A model generated the notes under the pieces. The model saw nothing but the letters and a program-made list of their open reading frames with translations, was not told the origin of the DNA and searched no databases. The position numbers and the translations under genes are program-made. From Calcarisporiella thermophila CBS 279.70 (Eukaryota > Fungi > Calcarisporiellomycota), in the NCBI RefSeq assembly GCF_041956535.1, contig NW_027192212.1:202970-266969 (forward strand): a DNA stretch of 64,000 nt, in the 5' to 3' direction. This document shows, in pieces, positions 13,000 through 25,565 of the stretch (positions are counted from its first letter, which is position 1; each line of letters opens with the position of its first letter).

Positions 13000-13450
13000 T
13001 GGCGAGGTATGGATATAGAAGTGTGGTAACTAAGATTAAAAACTCGGGTCTATTCTGCCATATATCGAGAAACGGTTGTTTACCAGCTCTCGATCACCTT
13101 CCAATCCTTTGAGGTCTAAATTATGTGACTGCCGAGCAAGCTTCCCAGTTAAAATTTGTCTTCTGCACGAGTTGAACCTAAGAAACAAAACATCGAGCTA
13201 GTCTGAGCTATATCTCTGTCTAATGACGTGAAATTACAATAGGTTGGTTAAGGGGATTACATCATCAAAAGCACATGATAGAAAATCACAACTGCTCTCA
13301 ATAGGGGTTGACGGCAATTAGGGGCGATCCATATCAATTCAAATCCCAAGTTTTGATCAAAATATATCAAACCGAAACATGGACCTATGTAGCGCAGCTC
13401 GTTCCAATTTTTTTTGAAACACGAAAAATTGACGCGAAAAGCTCCTATCG

Positions 13451-14913
13451 ATGGCCGTAGATTCGCTCCAAAGTATGCTCCCAGATTCTACTCTATACAC
13501 TCCTCATCCATATCTTCGTCGTCTTCTCACCCGTAACACCAAAGAGAATCTCCTTGCCATTGTCAAAGAGTGGTTTGCTCATGATCTAACCAAACCTCGG
13601 CCACCGGCGGAGGCCGAATATGACGACGATGAAGAGGAAACTACTTGGGAAGACTATGAGTTGTTGGAAAGCGAATCACGGCGGAAAATAGTGGATCGGA
13701 TATATTTTCGTGACTGGGTGAGGCATACATCGTCCGAGCGACCCTTTGTCACCAGCTGAACGTGTGTTTTTTTATATAGAAAGATGGTTTATGCTATTTA
13801 CAGGTCGCCCAATTGGATTTGGAATATTACCAAACACATTCAACAATACGCACTTGGAAGGCGCTAAAATTGTGTTGGCTCGGGGTAGGCGATAAAAGGG
13901 AAGGGCCAGTGCAGCGAAAGATGCACTTGAATGCAGAACAATTTCGATTGCGAATGAGCAAACTCTTAGCACCCTATTTTAAACACGTGAGTAGCATCAA
14001 AAATATCTCTTTCTTCATGCCGCTGGGACTTATCTTGTACCTCTCGATTGAAATTAGCACATTTATGTAAAACCGCATTCCCCCACCGGCACATTATGGA
14101 TCCGAGTAAGCATTCACGATGGAGTCCCATTGAATCAAATTCCTCCTGCGGCTTGTGTGCTCTATCTTGTGTGGTTTGTAAATTCGGAGTATCTGCTAAC
14201 AGGGACGGTCAAAACCGAATACAAAGACTATGTGTTGCAAGTAAGTTTATTTTGCGATTTTCGGTTTTCTGGACCCCCTAATCGTTCATCAAAACATATC
14301 TGCCTAGGCGCTTTTGGGCGTATTCGAATGTGACCGAGTGGACGAGTGGGATCTTAAGGGAAGAAATGTGAGCTCTCTACAGGAGCTCCTCCTCTATCGC
14401 GATTCACAAGGTGGCTTCAGCAAATACCGTCTGAATCAAGTTGACGATAATCCGCTTGTGCATTATTCTCGCAAAAAACAAAAGCTAGACGGTAAGAAAT
14501 AGGTCTTAGTTTGAAGACGGGCTTGCTATTGATTGCTGCGATCCACCCTAGATGGCCCCAAATATGTGAATGACGATGAGCCCATTATGGCTGAAGACAT
14601 GAGCTCGATCTCGGCACGATATTCGGAGGTGGACGATCGGTTTGGCCGCAATGAACAGCCCTCCTTGGAGCGGATCGAAATAAAACTTGCCCTCCCACTT
14701 GTCATCAAAACCGCTGAGGATAGTGTGGAAGACCTCCCCATCACCATCAAGGTCAAACTTGAGGGAACCAACGTGATGGAAGGAGTGAAACGGATGACTG
14801 CCCTAGGGATGGCAGAGGCACCGTTGCCCGATTTCTTGGGAGAGTTACACAGCCTGGCTGGGAGCTCCCTGGTCGTGGATGAGAATGGGACGCATGTCAA
14901 AGGAAGAGAGTGA
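13451..14913 (+). CDS. CHL4: Inner kinetochore protein CENP-N/Chl4/Mis15 family; about 5 exons
   Basis: LRRLLTRNTKENLLAIVKEW; RDW|KDGFMLFQVAQLDLEYY..H....W; C-terminal I.VKLEGTNVMEGVKRM...G....PLPDFL.EL typical of CENP-N; GT-AG introns join the ORF fragments. Confidence 0.8.
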
Positions 14914-15563
14914 TTTTTTGTGTATTTTTGTATAGTTTTTTTTATAATCTTTCGGATTTTGTTGACTTTAATGGTGGGCAAAATCGTGCTTTTGCAAATT
15001 ATATAATGTAATTTATCTTTTAATTTCTAACCCATTAAAGAGCCATTAAACGAAGAGCTAATCACCGTTCAACCGCAATCATGACCATGTACTCCACTCT
15101 CCACCTCATCCCCTAAACACTTTCCGCTAGGCCTTTCATCAAAGCAGCAAATGCTCCATCCGATTAGAATAAGGTAGAGGGAGACACTTGTCTCTAATTA
15201 AATAAACTAGAGGATCAGAAGTTCTAGAAAGGACGGCAATTTCTACCACAGCTCGGCTTGATCCAGAGCAAGAAATTCGAGTCACTGGCCCAGCAACATC
15301 GCCCACTGGCGGTATAAACTATATCCGCTGTGAAATAGCCGATACCGGCAAAACCTTTGTACAATTACTGCCGAGAGTGTCATCAAGCCCGTTGTCTATC
15401 ACTATCCCCTTCAAGGCGAGCGCGTGGGCCAATTAACACCTTGAAGTCATTACTAATATAGTGTTGAGTCATTCAAGAGTGGTCCAATTTCATACCCAGA
15501 TTTTGCCCATAACGGACCCTTAAGGAAATCGCAGTCAAATGAAGGAATGATAACTCTCCAACC

Positions 15564-15571
15564 TATATAAA
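15564..15571 (+). promoter_or_regulatory. Putative TATA box of aldo-keto reductase gene
   Basis: TATATAAA ending 58 nt upstream of the ATG at 15629. Confidence 0.5.
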
Positions 15572-15628
15572 CTGGGCCGGATGGAAGAACCATCGAATTC
15601 GCCAGCTCATAACATCAACGCAAAGAAA

Positions 15629-17052
15629 ATGCCTTTCCCAACACGTCGTATCGCCAAAGAACCGGTTTCAGCCATTGGTACCGTGCACTTTGCTCCTTGA
15701 GCCAAGATAGCTTTTCTAACTCGGCTTTTATTGTTTTTCACTAGGCCTCGGGTGTATGTCAATGTCGCCTTGCTATGGCGAAGTGAACGATTCAGAGAGT
15801 GTTGCCACTCTTCACCGCGCGTTGGATCTCGGCGTTAATTTCTGGGACACCGCTGGTAACGCTCGACATATCTGCTCCGACTGAGAATTGGCTGACTGAT
15901 CGCTTTATTTATTGTCCATTTCTTAAGATATGTATGGTTTCACTGCTGGGTTTGGGCACAACGAAACGGTGGTAGCCCAAGCTCTCAAAACTCGCCGTAG
16001 CGAGGTGTTTTTGTGTACCAAGTTTGGTTTTCATTCGCCCGAGGCGATAGAAGCCACCAAGAAGAGGGTCAATGGAACGCCGGAGTATGTCAAGAAAGCT
16101 TGTCAAGCATCTCTCGAGAGATTGGGGGTGGACTATATTGATCTTTACTACCAACATCGCGTGGATCCAGACACGTAAATATAGACGTGGTTGGAAGAAC
16201 CATGCATTCTCTACTCACACGCTTCATTTATTTGTCTGAACCTATGCATAGTCCCATCGAGGAGACCGTCAAGGCCATGGCCGAGCTAGTAAAGGAGGGC
16301 AAGGTCCGTTACCTGGGGCTATCCGAGTGTAGTGCCGAAACCCTTCGTCGCGCGCACAAGGTGCACCCTATTGCGGCTGTACAAGTGGAATATTGTAAGT
16401 ACTATCTAAGAAGTTTGTGACCCAGACACCGCTGATATCGCCCGCTTTCTCCTTAGCTCCCTGGGAGACCTCTATCGAAACAAACGGGCTTCTTGACGCC
16501 TGTCGCGAGCTGGGCGTAACGGTTGTTGCCTACAGCCCTCTGGGTCGCGGCTTTCTCACCGGCAACATTACAGGACTCGAGCAACTTGACGATAATGATC
16601 GTCGACGAGCAGCTTATCCTCGTTTCCAAGAAGAGAACATCAAGGAGAATTTGAAGCTGGCTGAGATTATTCAGCAACTTGCGAAAAAGAAGAACTGCAC
16701 CGCGGCCCAGTTGTGCATTGCTTGGGTGTTGGCTCAGGTACGCAATGCCATTTGTAGCAAAGCAAGAAGTTTAAAGGTGTTTAATTTATTCTAATCGTAA
16801 CTAGGGCGAGGATATCATTCCCATTCCGGGGACAAAGAGAATTAATCGCCTCGAAGAGAATGCAGTAAGTGGATAGCAATATCTATACAATGGGAACAAA
16901 TAATAGATGCTAATTGATCGTGACATGTTTAGGCCGCTGCTAACGTCACACTTTCTCAAGAGGAGCTAGCAGAGCTAAGAAGTTTGGTGAACGAGGTCGG
17001 GGTCAGTGGAACCCGTTACGCAGATGCAGATATGAAACTCCTTAATGCTTGA
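15629..17052 (+). CDS. Aldo-keto reductase (AKR13/YakC-like), 7 exons
   Basis: [81 protein letters not shown] motifs. Confidence 0.95.
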
Positions 17053-17475
17053 ATTAGTTTAAACATTCAAAAATGCTTCCATTGCTCCCGTTATATTTCT
17101 TTTTTTTTTTTGTTAACTGTATTCTTGGCACAAAAGCAAATGTTGAAATTGTATCCATTCTAATAACAGCCCCTTTCCTTTACAATACTCGTATTTACTT
17201 AACCAAATCTAGAACCATCCTTCATCATTATGAAACATGTGGCGCAGCCAGCTTCGTGTCCAAAGTCTGTCCATTTTCATTGCTCTCTTTTTATTTTATT
17301 TTTTGCCTTTTGCTCTTCTTATATTCGTCTATTTTATTGGTCCAAGACGAGTGGCAAAAAGGAAGTCAACCCGCGACCGTCAAGGTACCTCCGTGAACCT
17401 CGATAAAAATCATCCTCCCGGTCCATCCTCTTACTGCATCTCCCCCTACATCTAATCATTGATGCTCATTGGGAA

Positions 17476-18313
17476 ATGGACAAACTCAAATCCGTAAAGG
17501 CTGGAGCATTACTCCCTGTCCATGGCATAACCAATTCCAAAAAGCATACTACCACCATCGAGCCTGCCTCAACTCCGCAACATCCCCATCATTCTACATT
17601 TGCGGCTTCGGCCTCACCCGCCTATACCCATATATTAGGAGGGGTAAGGATGAATGAAAAGAGAACAGTCATTCTTTTTCGTCGCCTTGATTGTAGCATT
17701 TCATTTTCCAAAATTAAACTTAGGTACCCGTTCAACCAGTTATTTATCCACCGCAGTATTCAGCATTGGTAAAGGCGGAATTATGGTTGGAGCATTCTTC
17801 GAAGGAGTCGCTGATCCCATCTTGAAATTTTCCCTTGTAGCCTAATGTGTTTTATCCAAATCAAATGGAGGAAAACTCAGAACCCCTCTACGTAAACGCA
17901 AAGCAGGTACACCTTTGGCCTCTTGAATTTGTGTTTTCCTATTCTCTTTAATCATTCTGTAACTCAATCCCATCCAGTACCATCGCATTCTGAAACGTCG
18001 CGAAGCACGAGCAAAATTGGAGATTGAAAAGAAACTGCAGAGAAGGAAGGTCAGTACCATCAAATTTCCATTGAGCTAATCAAAATCGGCTGTTCTTATC
18101 TGTATCCACTGACCAAATGCTCTCGCTTTTGAATAGAAGTATCAGCACGAGTCAAGACACAAACACGCCATGCGGAGGCCTCGTGGTCCTGGCGGTCGCT
18201 TTCTTTCATCACAAGAGATTGCGGCCCTGCAGCAGGAGGGCAAACTTCCCAAACAAGACACGGCGGTAGCGGCCGGAGAGCCGGCCTCTATAGCAAGCAG
18301 TAATGGCACGTGA
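17476..18313 (+). CDS. HAP2: CCAAT-binding factor subunit NF-YA/Hap2; exons 17476-17643, 17757-17768, 17841-17906, 17978-18049, 18137-18313
   Basis: Manual splice gives EPLYVNAKQ|YHRILKRREARAKLE...RRK|KYQHESRHKHAMRRPRGPGGRFL, the diagnostic NF-YA core; phase-0 GT-AG introns. The core exons are absent from the ORF track. The first two exons are less certain than the core. Confidence 0.93.
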
Positions 18314-18754
18314 GAGAACAGGGCAGCACTTGTCAGCATGTGTGCCCATGTTGAATACATATATCAAATCCTATTTTATTATGATTCTTATTTCACCTAT
18401 TCAGTGGTATATCATTGCAACTAATTCCATCGTTATTTTCTTTGGAATGAAGCGTGCTAGTCGCCATTCTGTTGTTCAGCAGTTTTAATTTTGTCAATGC
18501 GGTAATAATAAGAAAATGTATCACTTATCTCGAGGCAGCGAGGGGTCAGGTAAAAACAAAAAATGGATGCTATACAGAAAATAGAGATTTAACAGATACC
18601 GCAAATAAAAAATAGTATTAATAAAGTGCAATTATGAATGCGCTTGGATAGCATTTAGAGGAAGAATGGAATTGAAGCTGAAAGGGGGTGGGGTGGGGGG
18701 GGGGGGATATTTACATAAAACAAAAAGCTAGAGTAAAAAGAATTTTGGTTTCCT

Positions 18755-20478
18755 TTAAAATCCTGAGCGTTTTTTCGAGATCATGGTTGGCTTCGGGCAA
18801 ACGTGGCATCGGTGCGCATGCCGGTACCAAAGGACTGAGTTGATGGTGGATTTCCGTTTTGTGTTGTGCACCGGAATCCACTCCCGACACTGGTGGCATA
18901 ATCCCTCCGCTTGCTCACCATTCGCAAGACGAGTTTCGACCGGCTGTACAAAGGGCTGGCCCGACACCGACGAGATCCCATGGAAGAACCTAAAGAAATA
19001 AGAGATCAATGAAAAACCCCCACTACACACATATTTTTATCTGCATCGAGGATAATTACTGTTTATGATACCAATAAGCGCTGTTTTTCAACTGAAGCCA
19101 CTTCCCCGGTTTGCAGCTCTCACAATATCCTTCCTTGAGTGGGCCGGAAAAACGGACCCATCGCGGGGTGTACATATCGCCGGGGAACCGCAAGCGTTGC
19201 TGTCGCGGGATGCTCTCCTGCTCATTCGGCGAGGGGTTATTTTTGATTCCGGTGGTTGCCGCTGATGGAGGGGGCATATCGTTTGACCCGGTTGCAGGAA
19301 TCGGATGCGCGGGCCGAAGCTCGGACAAAGTAGGGGGAGGAAGAGAGGATGTTGACTGCAGCGAGCGTGGTAGCGAGTCCGAGGGATACTCGCTGGATTT
19401 GGGCCGCTTGCGACTTGAGCCAGCCGATTGAGGAGGAGGAGGAGGAGGAGGAGGAGGAGGAGGCGGATGGGGATCTGATTCGAGTGCAGGTTGTCCGGTG
19501 TATAGGCTGCGCTCGGGGGGGCGGTGCATATAGTTGTTGGTCCAAGTGCGATCCGTAGGAGCGGTGGTTATGAAATGATCAGAGTTGGTAAGAACTGGGT
19601 TGTCTGTGGGTGTAGAATGCGACGTGTAGTGTAGGGGATATGTGGAGGGCGGGTTGGTGCCCAGGCCGCCTGCATGGAACCAAGACATGTCATGCTGTGG
19701 TTTGTCGGGCTCGTAATCAGTTTTTCGCATCCCCGGTGGATCGCACCCCGTCGCTATTGGCGTGAAATTGCCTCCTCCAACGCTGGGTGCGTGCGAAGTA
19801 ATGGGAGTTCCCCCCGACTCCTGTTCCGCCTTCAGGTAGGAGTGAGAGGGGGTGAAGAGTGAAGGAAAAGAGTAGCGCTGGTGCTGGGCTTGGGGAGAAG
19901 GCTGGGGTAAGACGGAAGGCGGGTGCGGTTGGAGGTGTAGGGCTGGAGCTGTTGTTGGAGTAGGCGACGATTGCGCAGGGTGACGCTGTGAGAAGTTCCA
20001 GTGCCCAAAGTCGACTGTCGAGCGACGAAACTGCTCAGCATTAACATAGTCGTTGAGCATGTATGGATGTACCTGGCCATAAGGAGATGCCACGGGCGGC
20101 TGCGGAAGGGTAGTGGACGCGGGTTCGGTCGGGAATGGATCAAAGCCTAAATTGAACGAGATAAAAATGTTGAGCCGGGATTCTTCTGAGAATTCGACGT
20201 GAAAGAGAGCTACCTTTAGACTCGGGTTCAAAACCAGCCATGGACTTGGTTGCCATTCCAGGTTCCATTGCGGCAATCAGTAAATCCAAAGAATTAGATG
20301 ACACTTCATTGCTGCGTTCTGCGGGTGCCGTTGGCCCAGTGGATTGGCTGTAGCCCAGCGTCGCAGGACTTGAGAAACGTTTTTGTTGCTTGGAGACTAA
20401 GTTGGACTCAGCTGGCATTTGGGAATGGATGTGGCTCTGGAGGGAATTGGCGGGAGCCCTAGTACCAAAGGTCGACAT
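18755..20478 (-). CDS. Rua1/Meu26-like (DUF4451) Cys/His-domain transcription regulator; 3 exons
   Basis: C-terminal PRQQRLRFPGDMYTPRWVR...KEGYCESC..GKWLQLKNSAYWYHKQ|FFHGISS.SG.PF...EGLCHQC..W...LWYRHAHRCH; P/S-rich N-terminus. Confidence 0.85.
19430..19462. repeat. (GAG)n trinucleotide repeat encoding poly-Pro on the minus strand
   Basis: About 11 GAG units within the Rua1-like exon. Confidence 0.9.
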
Positions 20479-22033
20479 TCGAGATATAGGTCTGAGGGGG
20501 AATGGAAAGTGAAAATCAAAGGGTTAATGGGGGTCTTCGAGACAAATTAAAGGATAAATCACAGCACACTGAATTAGCCTAATAGGGAGAGGTGTACTGG
20601 AATTTTGTGTGTGAATTATTTAATACCTTGCTTAAACAGAATTATTCCCGGCTTAGGTGGGTGGCAATAAAGAGGTCTGAGCTCGTACTACGTTTCAGAG
20701 GGAAAGGAGGTTATTAAAGGGTAGCAAAACGATCATTAAACGAGCAAAAACAATGGATCAGCGAGGTGCACAAAGATCAATGGAGCTAATGCAGTGGAGA
20801 GAAAGAACGTGAATTTCGGAAAAAGAAATGTAAGGAGAAATGAGTCATACTAGTCTCTAATAGAAACAGCAAGGGAAAAATGTGAAAAGAAAATATTTTT
20901 TTTTTTGGGTTCAGTGCTATGCCTCCGTACTGCCGCCACACACAGCATCAACTCGACGTCAAAAAGTCAGATCCACATCTGATCTAGTATGGTAGGGCTT
21001 CATATCCTTTTTAGGGAATCGAGGATTGGCCCGCTATGGAAAAGCCACTTCGGGATCCTTAGGGAGGCATCCCATCATGGGGGGTATCTGATAAACGCCC
21101 ATTTGATTCACAAGAGAGATGGTGCTAGATTGCAGATGCTACTGATTGACAGGGGACTATCACGGCCAATCTCTCACCAGTACAAACTGGTATTTTCTAT
21201 CTTACACTGTACTACCACTGTAAGGAGAGCCCCCTGCCGTTTACAAGGCAGCTCTATCTCGAAAAAAAAAGCAGTCGATAAATTCGATACCTCCGAATAT
21301 AGAGAATCCAAAGATTATCACCGCATCTTCTAGGCAAATGCCTATTATCCTTATCCTTTTTTTTCTCGAATGACGAAATGTATCCGCAAGTATGGTGACA
21401 TGTTTAAACCGCAATATGTGAACGGGAAAAGGGAGGGAGGGGGAGTGGAGATGAACAAAGCCTTCACAAGATTTAGGGAGACCTCCAATATTTATAAGGG
21501 AAAAATCTTTGTATAGCAATGCAATCGGGGGTAAAACAAGGGTCGCAACTACTAGTTGCCTTGACGACAATTAGGCTTTACAGTGGCAGGATGAACAAAA
21601 GCATCGCGCAAATCGAGAATATACTTTGTAGAATGACAAAAAACGGCATAGGCCTTCGATTCTTGCAACATGCCGAGGTACTTTATGGCCTGGGCTGATG
21701 TCAAGCAGCAAGGAAAAATTAGGACATATTTGCATAATAAACATCCTAGTGGCAGAGGAGCTAGGAGGTTGAGAGAGCGCCTGAACAATTCCGTAGAATG
21801 AGCTGAGTCTATTTGAATGCAGGTATGTACAAGTTCGTGAGCTTAATAAACTCGGCCAACAGCATAAATTGGCTGGAGGATTGCCATAGTATTCATAACT
21901 GACGATTCATGCCAGCCTTGCATAGCATAAAATGCTTAAGCAATACGCCAAAAGGCATACCTATCGGGCATCCATTGGAAGGTGACCATATGTTTATTAT
22001 TATAATAAATATGATTTAATAAAAAGGGATGTT

Positions 22034-25004
22034 TCATTTTTTACACTTTTTAGATTTCGATTGACCCGCCGCAGCCTCCTGCATTTTACGCTTGGATTTT
22101 GAAATTTCCTCCCTTCCCTTTGATTTTATGCTGCTTTGGCTCTCTTCAGGCTCCTCTTCAGGCTCCTCTTCAGATTCTTCTTCAGACTCCTCATCGGACT
22201 CCTCATCAGACTCCTCTTCCGACTCCTCTTCCGACTCTTCATCAGATTCCTTTTCGGATTCCTTTTCGGACTCTTCTTCGGATTCCTCGTCATATTCCTC
22301 TTCAGATTTGGACTCCTCGGGCTTCTCCTTCTCATTCATCTTTGCTTCCTTTTGTGACGTTTTCTGCTTCTTCGATTTCTCTGTAGATGTGAACGCCTAG
22401 GTATTCGATATATTCATATTTTTAAAACACGGCTGCGAAAATGAAAAATAAAACTTATATATATCTCACCTCATCTTCAAAAATATCCTTGAAAAGTTCT
22501 CGCTTTCGCTCCACTCCGGTCTGTTTCTCGGCCCACTCGTCGTGCCGGCGCTTGAAATTTTCTATCTTGCAATTACGCAGCACAATCCTGCCCCACGGGG
22601 ACTGGGCGATCTTCTGCTCAGAATTAACCAAATCTTTGGCAATTTTCTCCTAGATATTCCGAGAACGTGGATATTAGTATCTCGCAACGGATCTCACAAA
22701 AGCTAAAGTAGGAAGGGAGGTCAGGATCTATTCACCTTCGTCTGGAGATCAGCTGCTGCCCAAAATTTGTCCAGCACGTGGCTTGCTTCCTTGTGGATGG
22801 CCATCGCAACAAACTTGCTGGTGAAACGGTGAATAATCTTCTTCTTCGAGTGTACCTCCACAGTTGGTGATGTCATAAGGGCCTCAAGCACTCGAGCACC
22901 GGGTGCAAAGTAGGACATGGCAACGAGACGATTCTGTTCGAGGGATATAATGCTAGATGAACAGAAGAGAAATGGGTATTAAAATAAAGATGGAACAATC
23001 AGGCTGAGCAAAGGCAGTGTTCGTACCTGTCAACAAAGTATTTATTGTATTCTACCGGCCATGTCAGGACCAGCTGTACTATAAGTGAGCCTTGTATGCT
23101 AAACTTGCTGGCATGGATTTTCGCCTTTTCCTGCTCATTTTTCTTGATCGCCTAAGGGGACAACAGTGAGGATATATGTATAAAAAGGGGCAACAGCTAG
23201 CTTTTCAATTTACCTCGTAGTCGGGACAAATCATCATGAGCAAAATCAGATCCACTATATACACCCGCTCATCCTTGGACCTCACCTGGAAAGCATTCCA
23301 CAGCGCATCAAGTATCTCTTTATAGCAGGCCTTGACGCGTGTGCTGCCCTCAATTAGCGCACGCACGACTCCTTGGCGATTCTTCCCTACAATGCGGTCT
23401 TCAGTATGCCAATGGAGAGACCTTTCATGAACTATTGTGCTTACTTACAGAGTAAGAATGGGAATATCTCCGTTGTCTCTGCAACCATCATTTCAAACTG
23501 GGGCACACTTCGTGCATTGACCAGTAGCTTCTGCAGCACGAAATTGGTGAGCTCGTGTTTGGAGATTTTGCGGAACCGATTGCGGAAGAACAACGTGTAG
23601 ATCTTGTTGTAGACCCAGCCGGGTGCAACCTACCCGACGGCAGAATCCACGACACACATTAGGGATGGCTTAGCGATAAATCAACAAACAAATTCCAGCT
23701 ACCTTGATAATGGTCTCTGCGACGTGTGTACCTGCTTCATTCTCAATCATATTTTGGAAATAATGGTTCCGCTGGGAATTCGCCTTGTCACTTTCCTCTA
23801 AATAAATAAAAGGAGAGAATGTTACCAATCACTCCGGCACTAAGGGCAATTCTTGAATTGGACGCTTACTGCCATCCGAAATCATCCCAACCAGTATACA
23901 ATCCATAACGCTCTCACTCGTTTCGCTTAGCCCTCTTTCTGCCTCCAATTCCAGCAATTCTTGTATGACCCGTGCAGAATGACTATCTAGCGCCAGTAAC
24001 CGCATTTCATCCGCCCCAATCGTGGCTGGAATAGTCTTGAGCCAATGAATAAGATAGTTGGTAAACTTGGGTGAGGTGAGGCGTCTTGAACTTGGCTCGT
24101 GCTTCTAAAAGCGTAGAGAATACATCAATATCAATTGGGTGGAAAACTCCGAGTTGACGTAAGAGTTACCCTTGATGTGTTGTCGTGCTTTTGTCTGAAC
24201 TGAGTGCTCTTCTTACTTCTTACTGAGGATTCTTCTACACGCCTTCCAGCAAGTACATAGAGAATAACACGCAGTATATGCGAGCCATAAACATCTTTCA
24301 TCAAGTCGTATATATTCGGTTGAATTTGCTGCAGGAAAATTGTGTTATGTCAGCCCCTATGGATAATGGATTGGAGACGGAGATCTACTTACCTCACACA
24401 TATTAATAACTAAATCGCTGGCAGAGAGAAGCACGCCCATGTCTTCGCCCCCTTCCTCTTTATGCTCCTCTCGTGAGTCTATCTCCCCCTTGACCTCTTT
24501 TTCAACCACTTCTGCTATAAGCTCGAGTAGAGTCTGACATACGTGCGAAGCGTATGTATGTGTAAACACCTCCATAAATCTAGTCGAGAATGGGGATGAG
24601 CTTAGTATCTTGTGAAGCTGTCTATAAAAATTTTGTATTTACCTCCCGTTGAGCCGATCGAAAAACACTCGCAGCTGGAATGGGTCGGAAAGACGGAGAA
24701 GCTTTTCTAACACAACCGAGCATCTATGCTCTTTAGCAACCTCTGCTTCATCATACCGAGCGACCTCCTCAAATACGTTAGAGAAAAAGATTTCTTTTTC
24801 TAAATTACATACGTTGTCGTGTTAATAACCTCAGTATATCAAGCAGCCTAACACCCAAGAAGAGGGTATACCTTCTGCATCCTCGAAATCGACTGCGGTC
24901 ATCCGCGATTCGAGCTCTGTGAAGTACTTGATAGCCTCCTCCTCAAGCATAGAGGGTGCTGGATAATGACTTTCTTTCTGCTTTCTATTCCTGTCTCTTC
25001 CCAT
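22034..25004 (-). CDS. NOP9: Nucleolar protein 9 (PUF-like 18S rRNA maturation factor), multi-exon
   Basis: AIKYFTELE, FFSNVFEE, CSVVLEKLL, FTHTYASHVCQTL, TNFVLQKL, FSIQGSLIVQ, GARVLEAL, ASHVLDKFW, SPWGRIVLRNCKIENF motifs across GT-AG-separated exons; acidic repeat tail. Confidence 0.9.
22141..22310. repeat. 12-bp-unit coding minisatellite (EESE/ESDE/KESE/EPEE) in NOP9 C-terminus
   Basis: Imperfect tandem units such as tcttcaggctcc / tcatcggactcc / ttttcggattcc, about 13 copies. Confidence 0.9.
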
Positions 25005-25565
25005 TGTCAAATATTGGGTCTGACCGAGTAATAGCGCGAAAATAAAGGCGGTGTTAGGTATCACTCCAAATTTGTTTACTCTTTGTGACGATTGTGACTC
25101 TCTTTTCATTTTGATTTTTCTTCAACAAATTAATGTATAACTGAATCACTAAAGGCGCGCTTGAATCGGTATGAGATATGAATTGCACGGACTACATTCT
25201 ATTGAGAAACGAACGAGGTGTGCATTGCTCTCAACTCAAGATCTGTGATTTATTTGTGATGTGAGAGAAAATAAGAGCACATGCAACAAGTGAAGGGGCA
25301 GAAAATAAGCAACCCAAATGAATAACATATTATTATAATATAATACGTAATTGGTGGATGTGTTACTTAGATATAAGGCATCAGCTTGATGCCCGTAGGC
25401 TCGATTAGATGAAGCACGATTTATATATTATTTAACTTTATTCAAAATCCCTTTCAAATAAGGAGGACACGGCTAATATGGGAATAAATGACACATTCTA
25501 AGCCACTCCTTCATTTAATAAATTCCACTGAACAATATTCTTGGCTTTCTTCAAACCATAAGAAA

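Noticed and set aside
17073-17396. Hydrophobic 107-aa ORF resembling a signal-peptide protein
   Set aside because: Starts 20 nt after the AKR stop in T-rich UTR or intergenic sequence; hydrophobicity comes from poly-T.
22092-22400. Plus-strand SSDS-repeat and RLLF-repeat ORFs
   Set aside because: Antisense readings of the NOP9 acidic minisatellite.
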